Shown here: piece by piece, positions 63,530-64,000 of the stretch | How positions within the stretch are numbered: position 1 is the first letter of the stretch | How the letters are laid out: every line of letters begins with the position of its first letter | The notes under the pieces: model-generated | What the model was told of the DNA's origin: nothing | What the model saw: the letters and a program-made list of their open reading frames with translations, nothing else | The model's database searches: none | Program-made: the position numbers and the translations under genes | DNA from: Octopus sinensis | Taxonomy: Eukaryota | Length of the DNA stretch: 64,000 bases | Direction of reading: 5' to 3' | Assembly (NCBI RefSeq): GCF_006345805.1 | Contig: NC_042998.1 | Coordinates: forward strand, 153,946,001-154,010,000

Positions 63530-64000
63530 GAGAATGTAAGTTACTCCATATGAATAGGAGTAACCAAAGGATTCGCAGGAATAAAATTTTCTGCATCCCC
63601 CAACATCTTTCGAAATAATAAACTTAATTCAACCAATGCAAATAGTATTACAAAAACCCTAATATATCCTTATAACTATGATAATGATGAAAAGGAATTT
63701 TATCGAAATCTCTAAACCTCCTTCATGGGGTCATGCATAATGCTATTGTAGAGGTGGGTCAGTCACCCATGAGAAAGCATTCAACCAGAAGGTAAGGATC
63801 TTATCTTTCCCAACTGATTTCTGTTTACTGGATTTTCTCAGTGCAGTCTTGAGCTCTTCAACAGATATATCTTCCCATATTTGCTGTTTAATGTGTTCAA
63901 AGCCTCTGACTTGTTGATGAATTCAGGGAGTTTCATGATTGTATTCTTTAGGGTATGACCAGATCAATGTCCAAAAGTTTTGCACTTCCCCCTCAGTAGA
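63530..64000 (-). mobile_element. R4/Dong-type LINE fragment (pre-RT region), runs off the window end
   Basis: EVQNFWTLIW..ISVEELKTALRKSSKQKSVGKDKILTFWLNAF. Confidence 0.65.

Overview
Repeat-saturated eukaryotic genomic DNA with no recognisable host gene. The repeat families look like those I recall from octopod cephalopods; this is an inference and is unverified. Almost every supplied ORF is a transposon fragment or a low-complexity artefact. Contents: a complete 4.2 kb Ty3/Gypsy LTR element (7607-11839, AACAA TSD, dead ORFs) plus the 3' end of a relative; several RTE-clade LINEs; R4/Dong-type LINE fragments beside TAA tracts; Penelope-like element (PLE) remnants; Helitron and mariner relics; many tRNA-derived SINEs; and long (TA)/(TATG) tracts. 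The notable signals are RNA-level. (1) The Gypsy PBS lacks TGG and is exactly complementary to the first 12 nt of tRNA-Phe, which suggests priming by a 5' tRNA fragment. (2) There are about ten hammerhead-ribozyme loci from several unrelated sequence families, including a G3:C8 core-swapped variant. (3) A tRNA-headed, hammerhead-tailed short element was inserted as a head-to-head palindrome inside a single 13-bp TSD. (4) A -1 frameshift slippery site with a predicted pseudoknot lies at the Gypsy gag-pol junction. All structures were paired by eye; no searches or folding programs were run.
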